Of a DNA stretch of 64,000 nucleotides, positions 40,989 to 50,923 are shown one piece after another. The first letter of the stretch is position 1; every line of letters begins with the position of its first letter. The position numbers were made by a program, and so were the translations under genes. A model generated the notes under the pieces. It was not told the origin of the DNA and did no database searches. It saw only the letters and a list, made by a program, of their open reading frames with translations. The DNA is from Terriglobia bacterium (GTDB lineage: Bacteria; Acidobacteriota; Terriglobia; Terriglobales; Acidobacteriaceae). The stretch spans positions 18,695 through 82,694 of the forward strand of contig CAWDFW010000026.1 in the NCBI GenBank assembly GCA_963801595.1, in the 5' to 3' direction.

Positions 40989-42251
40989 TCAGTGCTCCCG
41001 TTCGTCAGTGAGGGGGCTGTTTCGAATCGCGATGAGAGATACCTGTTCCAGGTCAGGGTAATGGTCTTCTTTGTCGAGGGTGCGCTGCGTGGGAGCAATT
41101 TGCGCGATCGTGGTTCGCGCCGGCGGGACGCGATTGAAATACTGGGCATAGACTTCGTCGAACGCCGGCGTGTCCGACAGATCATCCAGATAGACATTCG
41201 TGGACACTACCTGGTCGAAATTCATGCCGGCTTCTTCCAGGTTGTCGAGCTGATTGCGCATGGTCTGCCGGAGTTGATGGGCGGTGGTGGAAGCATAGAC
41301 GCCGCCGTGCGGTCCGGGAATGAAGCCGCTCTTGGCCGAACAGTACAAAGTGTCGCCGGCAAAAACACAAGGACTCGCGGTCGGGCTGGGCGGCATGTTC
41401 TTGGGACGCACGGCTTGCCTCTGCTTCAAATCACGCACCGCCACGCCCGTGTACTCGATGTGCGCGCCCTCGGGCAGGCTCGATACTTCGATGGTGGCGC
41501 GCGCCGGCGTGTTGCCGAATTCGAAGCGCTGCGCATAGTGCTGATTCATGACCCGCATGGGGACGTCCGCCGTCAGGTACGGATTGACGAAAACCATGTG
41601 GCTGAGATCGAGCCCCGCCGCTTCCGCGACAGCTTTCATGCGGTCGAGAGCGAAGTCCACCTGGGCTGCCGGATCATCGGGAACTTTGCCGCTGGCGGGA
41701 TCGCTGCCCGGCATGCCGGATACGAACAAGCCGGTCGCGGGTGAGAATGCCGGGAGAAGCTGGTTCGTCCGGCTTGTAGCCCGGGCGGATAGACCGCCCG
41801 CCGCTCCGCCAGATCGCGCACCGCGACTGCATTGATCTGAATCGATGAATCGGGAAGCTTGGCCACGCCGAGCACCGCTCGCGCCGGCGGTGTTTTCGCG
41901 AAAGCCTGCGCGAAGATCCGGTTCATCTCCCCATACTTGGTGATGTCTTCGAGATAAACCTGGGTATAGACCACATGCTCCATGGTCAAACCGGCAGCTT
42001 CGACCACTGACTTGATATTGTCGAGAGACTGTTGCACCTGTGCCGCGAAAGTCGCGGGCAAAGTACCGTCCGGGCGGCGAGGTCCCTGTCCCGGAGACGT
42101 ACACGTAGTCCCCTGCATCTACGCCGGGCGAGTAGAAACGGTTCGCGCTGGGGGAAGCCTGCGCAGGAACGACAGCCTTAAACTGAGCTTGGGCCCCGGC
42201 CGCGCAAGAAAGCAACAAGCCGACGAGCAGTAATCGCATTCGATCTTGCAC
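40989..42251 (-). CDS. Exported protein made of three tandem RidA/YjgF/L-PSP domains; two frame switches (about 42100 and 41760)
   Basis: Signal peptide MRLLLVGLLLSCAAGAQA. Domain 1 YVYVSG..VQQSLDNIKSVVEAAGLTMEHVVYTQVYL..PPARAVLGVAKLP. Domain 2 LFVSGMPG..VDFALDRMKAVAEAAGLDLSHMVFVNPYL..TPARATIEVSSLPEGAHIEY. Domain 3 LYCSAKSG..MRNQLDNLEEAGMNFDQVVSTNVYL..PPARTTIAQIA. Fragments 40989-42251 and 41636-42118. Confidence 0.8.
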   Translation of the reverse strand: MQDRMRLLLVGLLLSCAAGAQAQFKAVVPAQASPSANRFYSPGVDAGDYVYVSGTGTSPPGRYFARDFRGTGATVSRQYQVSGRSCRFDHGACGLYPGLSRRHHQVWGDEPDLRAGFRENTAGASGARRGQASRFIDSDQCSRGARSGGAAGGLSARATSRTNQLLPAFSPATGLFVSGMPGSDPASGKVPDDPAAQVDFALDRMKAVAEAAGLDLSHMVFVNPYLTADVPMRVMNQHYAQRFEFGNTPARATIEVSSLPEGAHIEYTGVAVRDLKQRQAVRPKNMPPSPTASPCVFAGDTLYCSAKSGFIPGPHGGVYASTTAHQLRQTMRNQLDNLEEAGMNFDQVVSTNVYLDDLSDTPAFDEVYAQYFNRVPPARTTIAQIAPTQRTLDKEDHYPDLEQVSLIAIRNSPLTDEREH

Positions 42252-42277
42252 CAGGTTCCTCCCTGCAATTCCGCGTC

Positions 42278-43561
42278 CTACGCCGCCTTTCCTTTTTGTG
42301 CCGCGCTCAGGACCGCCCGCAGTGTTTGCCCCACGATGATTTCCTGTCCGGGCTGTATGGTCATCGAGACCAGTTCGATGTGGTCCGCTTCCTTATGCTC
42401 TTTCGAACTCGGGTTGCCCTCACGAACCGCCGTCACTAGGCTGGGATTGTCGGAGCCCAGCACCTCGATGACGGGATCGTTCTCGCGCAACTTGCGCACG
42501 CAGTCGGATGTGGTGAAGCCCCACGCCGCCTGGTCCCACGACACTCTCAGGGTTGGAAATCGATTCCCGTCGTCCGGAATATAGATGTCAGTCTTCACTC
42601 CCGGCACGGTGTCCACCAGCTTGCGAATGCGTTCGACGCGGCCGTTCCATTCGCTGTAAGTCTTCTTCTCATCCAGGTTCAGCCAGGTCTCAAGCGCGGT
42701 CAGGCAGCCGATGATTTCTTCCTTCCCAACTTTCATGGGGCGGCACACGGACCCTTCACGGGGGCTGTAGTTCATCAGGGCTGCCTCGATCAGGTCCTTT
42801 CGACCCAGGAGCAGTCCGCTGCACTGCGGTCCGCATAAGCCTTTTCCGCCGGAGAAGCAGTAGAGGTCAATCTTCATGCGGGCATACAGCTTCGCGTTGT
42901 CAGCAGGAGGGATACCGGCCGCGTCATCCAGCAACATCGGCACCTTGCGATCTTTCGCGACAGATATTACGCGCTGCAGCTTCTCGCCCAGGTCCGTGGT
43001 ATAGATCATGGCCGTGTTTTCGTTGACCGCGTTGGCCAGTTCTTCGGGTGAAAACACCAGCACCAGCTTCGCTCCGGTCAGGCGGATGGCACTGTCAAAC
43101 GCGCTTCTGCCGCCGACCATGATCACTTCATGTTTAAGGCCGGTGGTGTCGGGCAGTTGCCAGACGTGATGGTCGTCGGTGCCGGCCATGCACGCCGCCG
43201 ATGCGGCTGCCATTGCGCCCGCCGCTCCGGAGGTGACCATGCCGGACTCTGCGCCGGTCAACTCCGCCAGCCGCCGGCCCACGCCGCGCTGCAATTCCAG
43301 CATATTGACGAAATGTTGCGCCGCCTCCACCTGGGCCTGCCTGACTTCCGGGAACTCCAGCGATCCGCTGAGATAAGTCCACGTACCGCGGCAATTGATG
43401 ACCGTCTTTACTCCCAGGCGGGAGTAAACATTCTGCCGGGGGTCCTTGCCGATGGCGGTGGCGGCCTGGGCGTAGAGATTTCGCGCTGCGATCTGGGTCA
43501 ACAGCGGAGCTGCCGCCGCCAGTTTGATAAATGATCGCCGATCGGATCTTCCGGCACCCAT
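42278..43561 (-). CDS. SelA/DgaE-like PLP-dependent enzyme (fold type I) with twin-arginine signal
   Basis: MGAGRSDRRSFIKLAAAAPLL (Tat). FSGGKGLCGPQCSG matches the SelA-family PLP-lysine motif FSGDKLLGGPQ. Intact 427 aa, ending 27 nt upstream of the triple-RidA gene. Confidence 0.75.
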   Translation of the reverse strand: MGAGRSDRRSFIKLAAAAPLLTQIAARNLYAQAATAIGKDPRQNVYSRLGVKTVINCRGTWTYLSGSLEFPEVRQAQVEAAQHFVNMLELQRGVGRRLAELTGAESGMVTSGAAGAMAAASAACMAGTDDHHVWQLPDTTGLKHEVIMVGGRSAFDSAIRLTGAKLVLVFSPEELANAVNENTAMIYTTDLGEKLQRVISVAKDRKVPMLLDDAAGIPPADNAKLYARMKIDLYCFSGGKGLCGPQCSGLLLGRKDLIEAALMNYSPREGSVCRPMKVGKEEIIGCLTALETWLNLDEKKTYSEWNGRVERIRKLVDTVPGVKTDIYIPDDGNRFPTLRVSWDQAAWGFTTSDCVRKLRENDPVIEVLGSDNPSLVTAVREGNPSSKEHKEADHIELVSMTIQPGQEIIVGQTLRAVLSAAQKGKAA

Positions 43562-43846
43562 TCCAGCACCTCCTATTAGTGAATCGTTCCAGATAAACTC
43601 AGTTGCGTGATCAGCAGGGTCTGGTTTCAGCTATCGCCTGCAAATGCGCGCCGAACCCGGCGAGCGCTCGCTGCAAGGGCGAATTTGGTATATCACAGAA
43701 CAACCTTGGACGCATATCAATTTATTTCGTTTTATTGGTTTTCTTTTCGTTACGAAGAAGGCCTGCTTCGCTCGCAGCGCTGCCTTGGTTGAAATGGGCC
43801 GTCGTCGTACACTTGCAGCGCCGTCGCTCTCTGGAGAGAAGCAACC

Positions 43847-45252
43847 ATGAAACTGCAGTGGCCACGGGCCAGTCGGATGCGTAGCCTTTTCAGTCTGTTG
43901 TTTCTCGCCGGGACTGGGAATAGAGCATGGTCTTTGCTCAAGTCGGCAATGGATCCCGTCCGCCCGCCAATTCCCCTTGCCGCGTCCAACCCACGGATTA
44001 TAAGGGCTGGCACGCGCAACAGATCTCCAACCGCTGGGTCCAGCTGACGGTTGTTCCGCAGAACGGCGGACGCCTGATGCAGGTTGTTTTCGCCGGACAC
44101 TCCTATCTCTTCGTGAATCCAAAGTATGAGGGAAAGTACCTGCCGCCGAGCTCAGGCGAATGGTTCAACTACGGCGGCGACAAGATCTGGCTCCTGCCCG
44201 AAGGCAGCGACGACGAGCAGCACTGGGCCGGCGGCTCGGATGCGATCGACGACAGTCCCTTTTCCTTTCGAAAGGTTTCGGAAGGGCAACAGTGCGAAAT
44301 CGAGCTTACGGGCCCAGCCGATCCGCGCACCGGAGTCCAGTTCGTGCGCACCATCCGGCTGGAAGCTGATTCGCCGCGAATCTACTTTCGCGCCAACATG
44401 AAAAACATCACCGGTCACAATCTGGAATGGTCGATGCAATCGGTTTCGCAGTACGATACGAGCGATCCCAAGTCCGGCACGCCCCGGCGTTCGCTCGGGC
44501 ATCAATCACGATTTCCGCACCTTCACTCCGGCGAATCCGTCCAGCAGCTATCTCAATCGCTATCACGTGCGCTTCGGTCCGGCGGAAAATCGCGCGGCCT
44601 CGATAAGAGACGATGGGCTCTTTACTTTGCGCTATGTGCACATGGCCGCCGAATTGTGGCTGGACTCGACCGCAGGCTGGCTGGCAGTCGTCGATGGCAC
44701 CAGCCGTTACGGCATGGTCGAGCGCTTCCAATTTGACGAGTCCCGGACCTTATCCGGGAAAGGCGTCCATCATTTTTTGGACCAACGGGCCCGCAGTGAA
44801 GTTGAGCGCTGATGGCATGGCCTCCATGCCTGCGGACGACGACTCATCGCCTTATTACCTGGAAGCTGAAGTCAATTCTCCCTTGTGCCGTCTGCGTCCC
44901 GGCGAAAGCTGCAACCTCGACACGGAATGGTTTCCCACCCGCGTGGGTAGCGAATTTCACGGCGTGACCGAAGCCGGCCTGGTAGCGAAGCCCGCTCCGC
45001 GCCAGCCGCCTGGAGAGTGGCAAGGTCAAGCTTTCTGGTTCGTTTGGAGTGTTCTTCGCGGGAAAGCTGGTCGCCCATTTTTATGACGAGCATGGTGCAA
45101 GCCTGGGAAGCGTGCCCGTGGCAAATGCAGATCCGGTTGAGTTGGTCACGCTCGAAACCGAAACCGCTCCGCCCGGACAGTCCGGTCGCGTCTCCCTTCA
45201 CCTGGAGGATTCGAACGGTTTGGACCGGGGCTCGCTGGGAGAAGTCCGGTAG
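43847..45252 (+). CDS. Conserved exported hypothetical protein (about 465 aa), family not confidently recognised; about four frame switches
   Basis: Signal-like MRSLFSLLFLAGTG, then ISNRWVQLTVVPQNGGRLMQV, FNYGGDKIWLLPEG, NLEWSMQSVSQY, WLAVVDGTSRYGMVERF, YYLEAEVNSP. Fragments 43847-, 43927-44736, 44567-, 44613-45086 and 45049-45252. Confidence 0.5.
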
Positions 45253-45303
45253 AACCGGCGGAGGTTCACTGATGGTTGTCGAAGCATCAGCCTGGAGAGT
45301 CCA

Positions 45304-46471
45304 ATGAATCGAAGAGCATTTCTTAAAGCAGCCAGCGCGGCCGGATTAGCGGCGGCTCCCACCTCAGCGGTGCTCGGTTACAGTCCGCAGCACGATGTGG
45401 GAAAGGCGCAATCAGGTAGCAATCCCGACCAGGAATCCCCCGAACAAATATTGCTCAAGGACTACCGGCCGAAATCCATCTACAAGATTCCGGTGACGGA
45501 GATTGCCAGGGCCAAATTCCCCATCATTGATATGCATTCGCATCCCTACGCCAAAACTCCGGAGCAGATTGCCCAGTGGGTCCACACCATGGACGAGGTA
45601 GGAGTCGAAAAGACGGTCATTCTCACTTCATCCGTGGGCGCGGAGTTTGACGCCACTTACCAGCAGTACGCTAAGTATCCAAATCGCTTCGAAATGTGGT
45701 GCGGCTTTGACTACACGGGTTATGACAAACCGGGATTTGGCGCGGCCGCCGTACGGGAACTCGAAAGATGTCATCAGGCCGGCGCGCGGGGCGTCGGTGA
45801 GTTGCATGACAAGGGCCAGGGCATGGCCTCGGGCAAGTCAAAGACCCAGGGGCTTACATCCCGATGACACCCGCATGGACGCCTTGTTTGAGAAATGCGC
45901 GGAGCTGAGCATGCCGGTCAGCATCCACGTGGCCGACCCCATCTGGATGTACCAGAAAATGGACCGGACCAATGACGGCCTGATGAATGCATACGAGTGG
46001 CGCCTGGACAACCAGCCCAACATCGTAGATCTCCCGGGGATGGTCGAACTCCTGGAGCGCGCGGTGCAGAAGCATCCGCAGACCACCTTCATCGCCTGCC
46101 ACTTCGCCAATCTCGACTACGATCTGGCGCGGTTGGGACAGCTCTTCGAGCGCAATCCGAACCTGTACGCCGACATCTCCGCCCGCTACGCCGAGACCGC
46201 TCCCATACCGCGCTTTGCGTCCCAGTTCTACGCCCAGCATTCAGACCGTCTTGTCTACGGAACCGACATGGGCTTCGACCCGCCAATGTACCGGGTCACA
46301 TTTCGCATCCTGGAATCGCTGGACGAGCACTTCTACGAAACTGAGCAATTCGATTATCACTGGAGTCTGAACGGATTTGGCCTGTCAGATTCAATCCTGC
46401 AGCGTGTGTATCGCGAGAATGCCGCGAAGATTCTCGCCTCGCGCAGCGCCTCTCGGAATCATCAGGTGTGA
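45304..46471 (+). CDS. Amidohydrolase-2 family metal hydrolase with twin-arginine signal; one frame switch near 45855
   Basis: MNRRAFLKAASAAGLAAAP (Tat). FPIIDMHSHPY (HxH), VSIHVADP, FIACHFANL, VYGTDMG. Fragments 45304-45867 and 45647-46471. Confidence 0.8.
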
Positions 46472-46489
46472 ACGAGTTGCCGTAGCGTT

Positions 46490-46624
46490 GTGGAAGAGCG
46501 GCCCTTACAGGGCCGCGTTTCCGATGCCATACGGATCGGCCTTTAGGCCCAGTGGCGTCACTGGGGCTGGAAGCCCCAACGTTTTCCCCGCCCGCGACGC
46601 GGCGCTGAAGCGCCACTCTTCCAC
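46490..46624. repeat. 135-bp MITE-like element with terminal inverted repeats gtggaagagcgg / c(c)actcttccac and internal hairpins
   Basis: Alignable end to end with 50773-50903: gtggaagagcggccctt.cagggccgcgtt..gatgccat..ggcct..aggccc.gtggcg.cac.ggg.c..gaagccc..gacgcggcgc..aagcgcc.ctcttccac. Confidence 0.75.
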
Positions 46625-46664
46625 GGACCTGTCCAGGTTTCCATGCGATGAAAACAAAAAACGG

Positions 46665-47786
46665 CTACAGTGCCACGCGAGTGCGCAGCGCGGACTCGTC
46701 CAGTTTGACGCCGGCCAGCCTGATTTCGCGGAACAGTTGCAGGTTGGAAGACATCACCACGCCCGGACTGAGATGGACGGTGGGAGGGAGAGGCACTTTG
46801 TTGGTGAGGTGGTCGGCCATCATGCGCACTGCCATTTGTCCCTGGCGATGGGGCTGCTGGTAAATCGACGCGGTGATGATTCCTTTGTGGAAATAGGGAG
46901 ACATCTCCGCGAACAAATCGGTCGTGATGAGTTTTACTTTTCCCGCCAGGCCATGCGCCCCCAGCGCGCGGCATACCGGAAGACAGTTCACCGTGTTCAC
47001 GTAGAGCCCGGCCAGCGTGGGCTCCCGGCGCAGCAGGTCGAAGGTCTTTTGAAAACTTTCTTCCTCGTCTTCATGGCCTTCAATGACGGTGACGATCTTC
47101 CCCCCCGGCGCAGTGTTGCGGAAACGCTTCCGTGAAGCCGTCCGTCTTCTTGCGATGATCTTCCGTGGCCAGCATGCCCGCCACGACCGCGACATGCGAA
47201 CCCGGAGGCACGAACTTGCCCATCAGTTCGCCGGCCAGGCATCCGTTCAACCGCGGCTCCACGCACACGATGCTGGAGCGCCGGCTGTCCGGGGCGTCGG
47301 TCGATACGCAGACCACGGGAATGCCTGCGTTCCTCGGCGCTGGTCGATCAGGGGCTTGAGGCCCGTTGGATTTCCGGCGGTCAGAATGATTCCATTGACT
47401 CCGCTTTGCACCAGCTCGGAAAGAGCTTCAGTGTCGCCTTCGCCCAGCACCTGCACCGGACGATTCATGAACTGGACACCGAACTGGGCCACGCGCCGCG
47501 CCTCGTCCAGAACTCCGCTCCACAGTTCGTCGTAGAAAAAATGAATTTCGCGGGGCATGCAGACGCCGATACGAGTGCTGGTCCGGGCCACGGACAGGGC
47601 CCGCGCCGCCAGATTGGGCGTGTACCCGATCCGCCTCGCGATCTGCAGGATTCTTTGCCGGGTGGCTTCCTTGATGCCGCCGCGCCCGTGCAGGGCGCGG
47701 TCCACTGTCCCGATCGAGACGTCCGCCAACTCCGCGATCAAGTGGATGCCGCGTTGTTCTTTCTTCATTCGCATGTCCCTGTCCAA
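46665..47786 (-). CDS. LacI family transcriptional regulator; two frame switches (about 47330 and 47100)
   Basis: HTH IHLIAELADVSIGTVDRALHGRGGIKEATRQRILQIARRIGYTPNLAARAL, followed by a periplasmic-binding-fold sugar domain. Fragments 47247-47786, 47080-47316 and 46665-47195. Confidence 0.85.
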
Positions 47787-47862
47787 AGCTCGGCCTGACT
47801 TCTCGTCCGCGCCGCTGTCGCGCCACCGGCGACCCCCGGAGAATCTCAGGGGCTTCCGTGTA

Positions 47863-47870
47863 CGTTAACG
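47863..47870. promoter_or_regulatory. Candidate operator palindrome cgttaacg in the LacI/GH3 divergent spacer
   Basis: 8-bp perfect palindrome, 4 nt upstream of a TATACT hexamer (47874-47879) and about 65 nt upstream of the likely GH3 start. Motif reading only. Confidence 0.25.
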
Positions 47871-47935
47871 ATGATATACTCCAACCCGCATATCTGGATA
47901 GCTGTCACCCCAAACCGCCTAGGAGCCCGCCCTTG

Positions 47936-50594
47936 ATGCCTAATTCGATGCCCAGTCACCCCCGTCTCGTCACCGTCATCTGCACTTTGTTCTTTCTATT
48001 TGTCGTGCTGTGCGGTTCGGTGGCCCAAACTGCCAAATCTTCCGGCGCGCCGGTCTATCTGGATCCGGCCCAGCCGGTGAATGTCCGGGTGGACGACCTG
48101 GTTTCGCGGATGACGCTCGAAGAGAAGGCGTCGCAGCTGGTCAACCAGTCGCGCGCCATTCCCCGGCTGAAGGTTCCTGAGTACGACTGGTGGAGCGAGG
48201 CCCTGCATGGAGTTGCCCGCGCCGGGACCGCCACCGTCTTCCCGGAACCGATTGGCCTGGCCGCCACCTTCAACGCGCCCCTGATTCACCAGATGGCAAC
48301 CGCCATCGGTCAGGAAGCCCGGGCCAAGCATAACCAGGCGGTCCGCGCCGGACGGCGGGACATCTACGAAGGCCTGGATTTCTGGTCGCCCAACATCAAC
48401 ATATTCCGCGATCCGCGCTGGGGGCGCGGGCAGGAGACTTACGGGGAAGATCCGTTCCTCACCGGGAGAATGGGAGTAGCGTTCGTCAAGGGCTTGCAGG
48501 GCGACGATCCCAAATATCTTCAGGTGATCGCCACCCCCAAACATTTTGCCGTGCACAGCGGTCCCGAGACCACGCGCCACTGGGTCAACGTGGACGCCAC
48601 CAAGCACGACATGGAGGACACCTATCTGCCCGCCTTCCGAGCCACCGTGACCGAAGGTAAGGCGCGGTCGGTGATGTGCGCCTACAACCGCGTCAATGCC
48701 CAACCGGCATGCGCGAATTCTTTCCTGCTCGAAGACCAGTTGCGCGGAGCCTGGAAATTTGACGGCTATGTAGTGTCCGACTGCGATGCGGTTGCCGACA
48801 TCGAGCGCGGCCATCACTTCACCCAGACCATGGCGGAGGCCGCCGCGATTTCGCTGAAACGCGGCACCGACAACGAGTGCGCCGACTTCGGTCAGAAAGC
48901 CGTCGACAACTCCGACTACGTGAAGTATGTCGATGCGGTGAAGCAGGGCTTGTTGAGCGAGAAAGACGTTGACGTGGCAGTGAAGCGGCTGTTCACCGCC
49001 CGCTTCCAGCTGGGGATGTTCGATCCGCCGGAAATGGTGAAGTACGCGCAGATCCCGGATTCGGTGATTGACAGCGACGCCCATCGGCAACTGGCGCTCA
49101 AGATAGCGCGCGAGTCGATGGTATTGCTGAAGAACGACGGCGCTCTGCCAATCAATGCAAGCACAAGAAAGATTGCGGTCGTCGGGCCGCTGGCCGATTC
49201 CGTGCACGTGCTCGAAGGCAACTACAGCGGCACTCCGTCACGAGCGACCACGGCGCTGGATGGCATTCGCAAACAGTTTGCCGGCTCGGATGTGACTTTT
49301 AACCCGGGCACCACCTTCCTGCTCGAATATGCTCCGGTGCCTGCGTCGGCGCTGTCCACGCCCGACGGAAAGCCGGGCCTTAAAGCTGAGTATTTTTCCG
49401 ACCCCGCCTTCAAAGGCGCACCCGTGAAAAGTTCAGGTGGACAAGGACGTGAATTTCGCCTTTGCCCCGGGCACGACCTCAAAGACTGACATTTTCGCGG
49501 TGCGCTGGACCGGCTTTCTCACTCCGGACGCGTCCGGAAATTATCGTCTGGGTCTCGACGGCAGCATTGACCGCTTGTGGCTGGACGGCAAGATGATTGT
49601 GGACGACCAGAAGAGCCACGACTCCCGCGCGATGGTCGCGGACGTTGCCCTGGAGAAGGGCCACCGCTATGCGCTCAAGATCGAATACTTTCAGGGACGC
49701 GCGCGCGGCGTGAAACTGGTTTGGCGCCAGTTGAGCCCGGATCCGATCGGAGATGCGGTGGCAGCCGCCAAACAGGCGGACGTGGTCGTCGCGGTGGTGG
49801 GAATTACGTCCGACCTCGAAGGCGAAGAGATGGATGTCGCCGTGCCCGGCTTTGCCGGCGGCGACCGCACCTCGCTCGACCTGCCGAAAGAGGAAGAAGA
49901 CCTGCTGAAAGCCGTCAAAGGCACGGGCAAGCCGCTGGTGGTGGTGCTCATGAACGGCAGTGCGCTCTCGGTGAACTGGGCCAGCGAAAATGCCAATGCC
50001 ATCCTCGAAGCCTGGTATTCCGGCGAAGAAGGTGGTACCGCGATCGCCGAATCGCTGGCGGGCGTGAACAATCCGGCAGGACGCCTGCCGGTGACGTTTT
50101 ACAAAGGCGTGGAGCAGTTGCCGCCGTTCGACGACTACTCCATGAAGAACCGGACCTACCGCTACTTTGAAGGACAGCCGCTCTATCCGTTCGGCTATGG
50201 CCTGAGTTACTCAAAGTTCGCCTACAGCAATCTGAAGCTCTCTGCAACCACGCTGAAGGCAGGGGATTCGCTCAGCGTTGACGCGGATGTAAAGAATGCC
50301 GGCGGACGCGAAGGCGATGAAGTAGTGCAACTCTATTTGAGCTTTCCCAAGTCTCCTGGCGCTCCATTGCATGCGCTGCGCGGGATGGCGCGCGTGCATC
50401 TCGCAGCGGGTGAGAGTAAACATGTCCAATTCACCCTGGATGCTCGCGGCCTGAGCGGAGTGAACGCAAACGGAGATCGAATCGTCGCCGCCGGGGGCCA
50501 TCGCCTGTTCGTCGGCGGAGGACAGCCGGGAACAGCTGCTCCGGGCGCAGCAGCCGAGTTCAACATCAGCAACGAGGAGAGATTGCCGGAGTAA
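47936..50594 (+). CDS. Glycoside hydrolase family 3 beta-glucosidase/beta-xylosidase with inserted PA14 domain and C-terminal Fn3-like domain; one frame switch near 49430
   Basis: Signal/anchor VTVICTLFFLFVVLCGSVAQ. Contains WSEALHGV, FWSPNINIFRDPRWGRGQETYGEDP, KHFAVHSGPE, GYVVSDCDAV. PA14 region GLKAEYFSDPAFKG..FAVRWTGFLTP..YRLGLDGSIDRLWLDG. Also GGDRTSLDLP, EAWYSGEEGG and GLSYSKF. Fragments 47858-49489 and 49437-50594. Confidence 0.9.
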
Positions 50595-50609
50595 GCCGAT
50601 TCACGTTGT

Positions 50610-50747
50610 GTGTGGGGCGGGCGCCCTCGCCCGCCGCTTTTGAGGTTGGTTTTGGTTTGAAGTTTCTGGTCCGCGGGGATCCCGCGAGTGTGGCTGACCA
50701 TCAAACATCAAGTTCAAGAGCGGCGGGCGAGGGCGCCCGCCCCACAC
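50610..50747. repeat. Composite family-A element (inverted hairpin cores flanking about 85 bp)
   Basis: gtgtggggcgggcgccctcgcccgcc at 50610-50635, followed by ttttgaggttggttttggtttgaag. The reverse-complement core is at 50722-50747. Same layout as 5943-6091. Confidence 0.8.
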
Positions 50748-50772
50748 GCCGCAAAAAAGCATCGACTGCGCC

Positions 50773-50903
50773 GTGGAAGAGCGGCCCTTCCAGGGCCGCG
50801 TTCTCGATGCCATCGTCCCGCGGCCTTCAGGCCCGGTGGCGCCACGGGGCCTGAAGCCCATCACTCAGATCGACGACGCGGCGCCAAAGCGCCGCTCTTC
50901 CAC
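50773..50903. repeat. Second copy of the 135-bp MITE-like TIR element
   Basis: gtggaagagcggcccttccagggccgc ... gccgctcttccac. See 46490-46624. Confidence 0.75.
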
Positions 50904-50923
50904 TCAACACAGCGGAGCGGAAC

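Noticed and set aside
42278-43561. Genuine selenocysteine synthase (selA), implying a selenoprotein system
   Set aside because: The protein carries a Tat signal and is shorter at the N-terminus than a SelA that binds tRNA. No selB, selD or tRNA-Sec is nearby, and no in-frame TGA candidates were seen. It fits the SelA-like/DgaE-like lyase group better.
50600-50910. Possible CRISPR array, because identical GC-rich units recur here and at 5943-6091
   Set aside because: The units are in inverted, not direct, orientation, with only two per locus. There is no regular repeat-spacer periodicity and no cas genes in the window. They fit REP/MITE-type elements instead.
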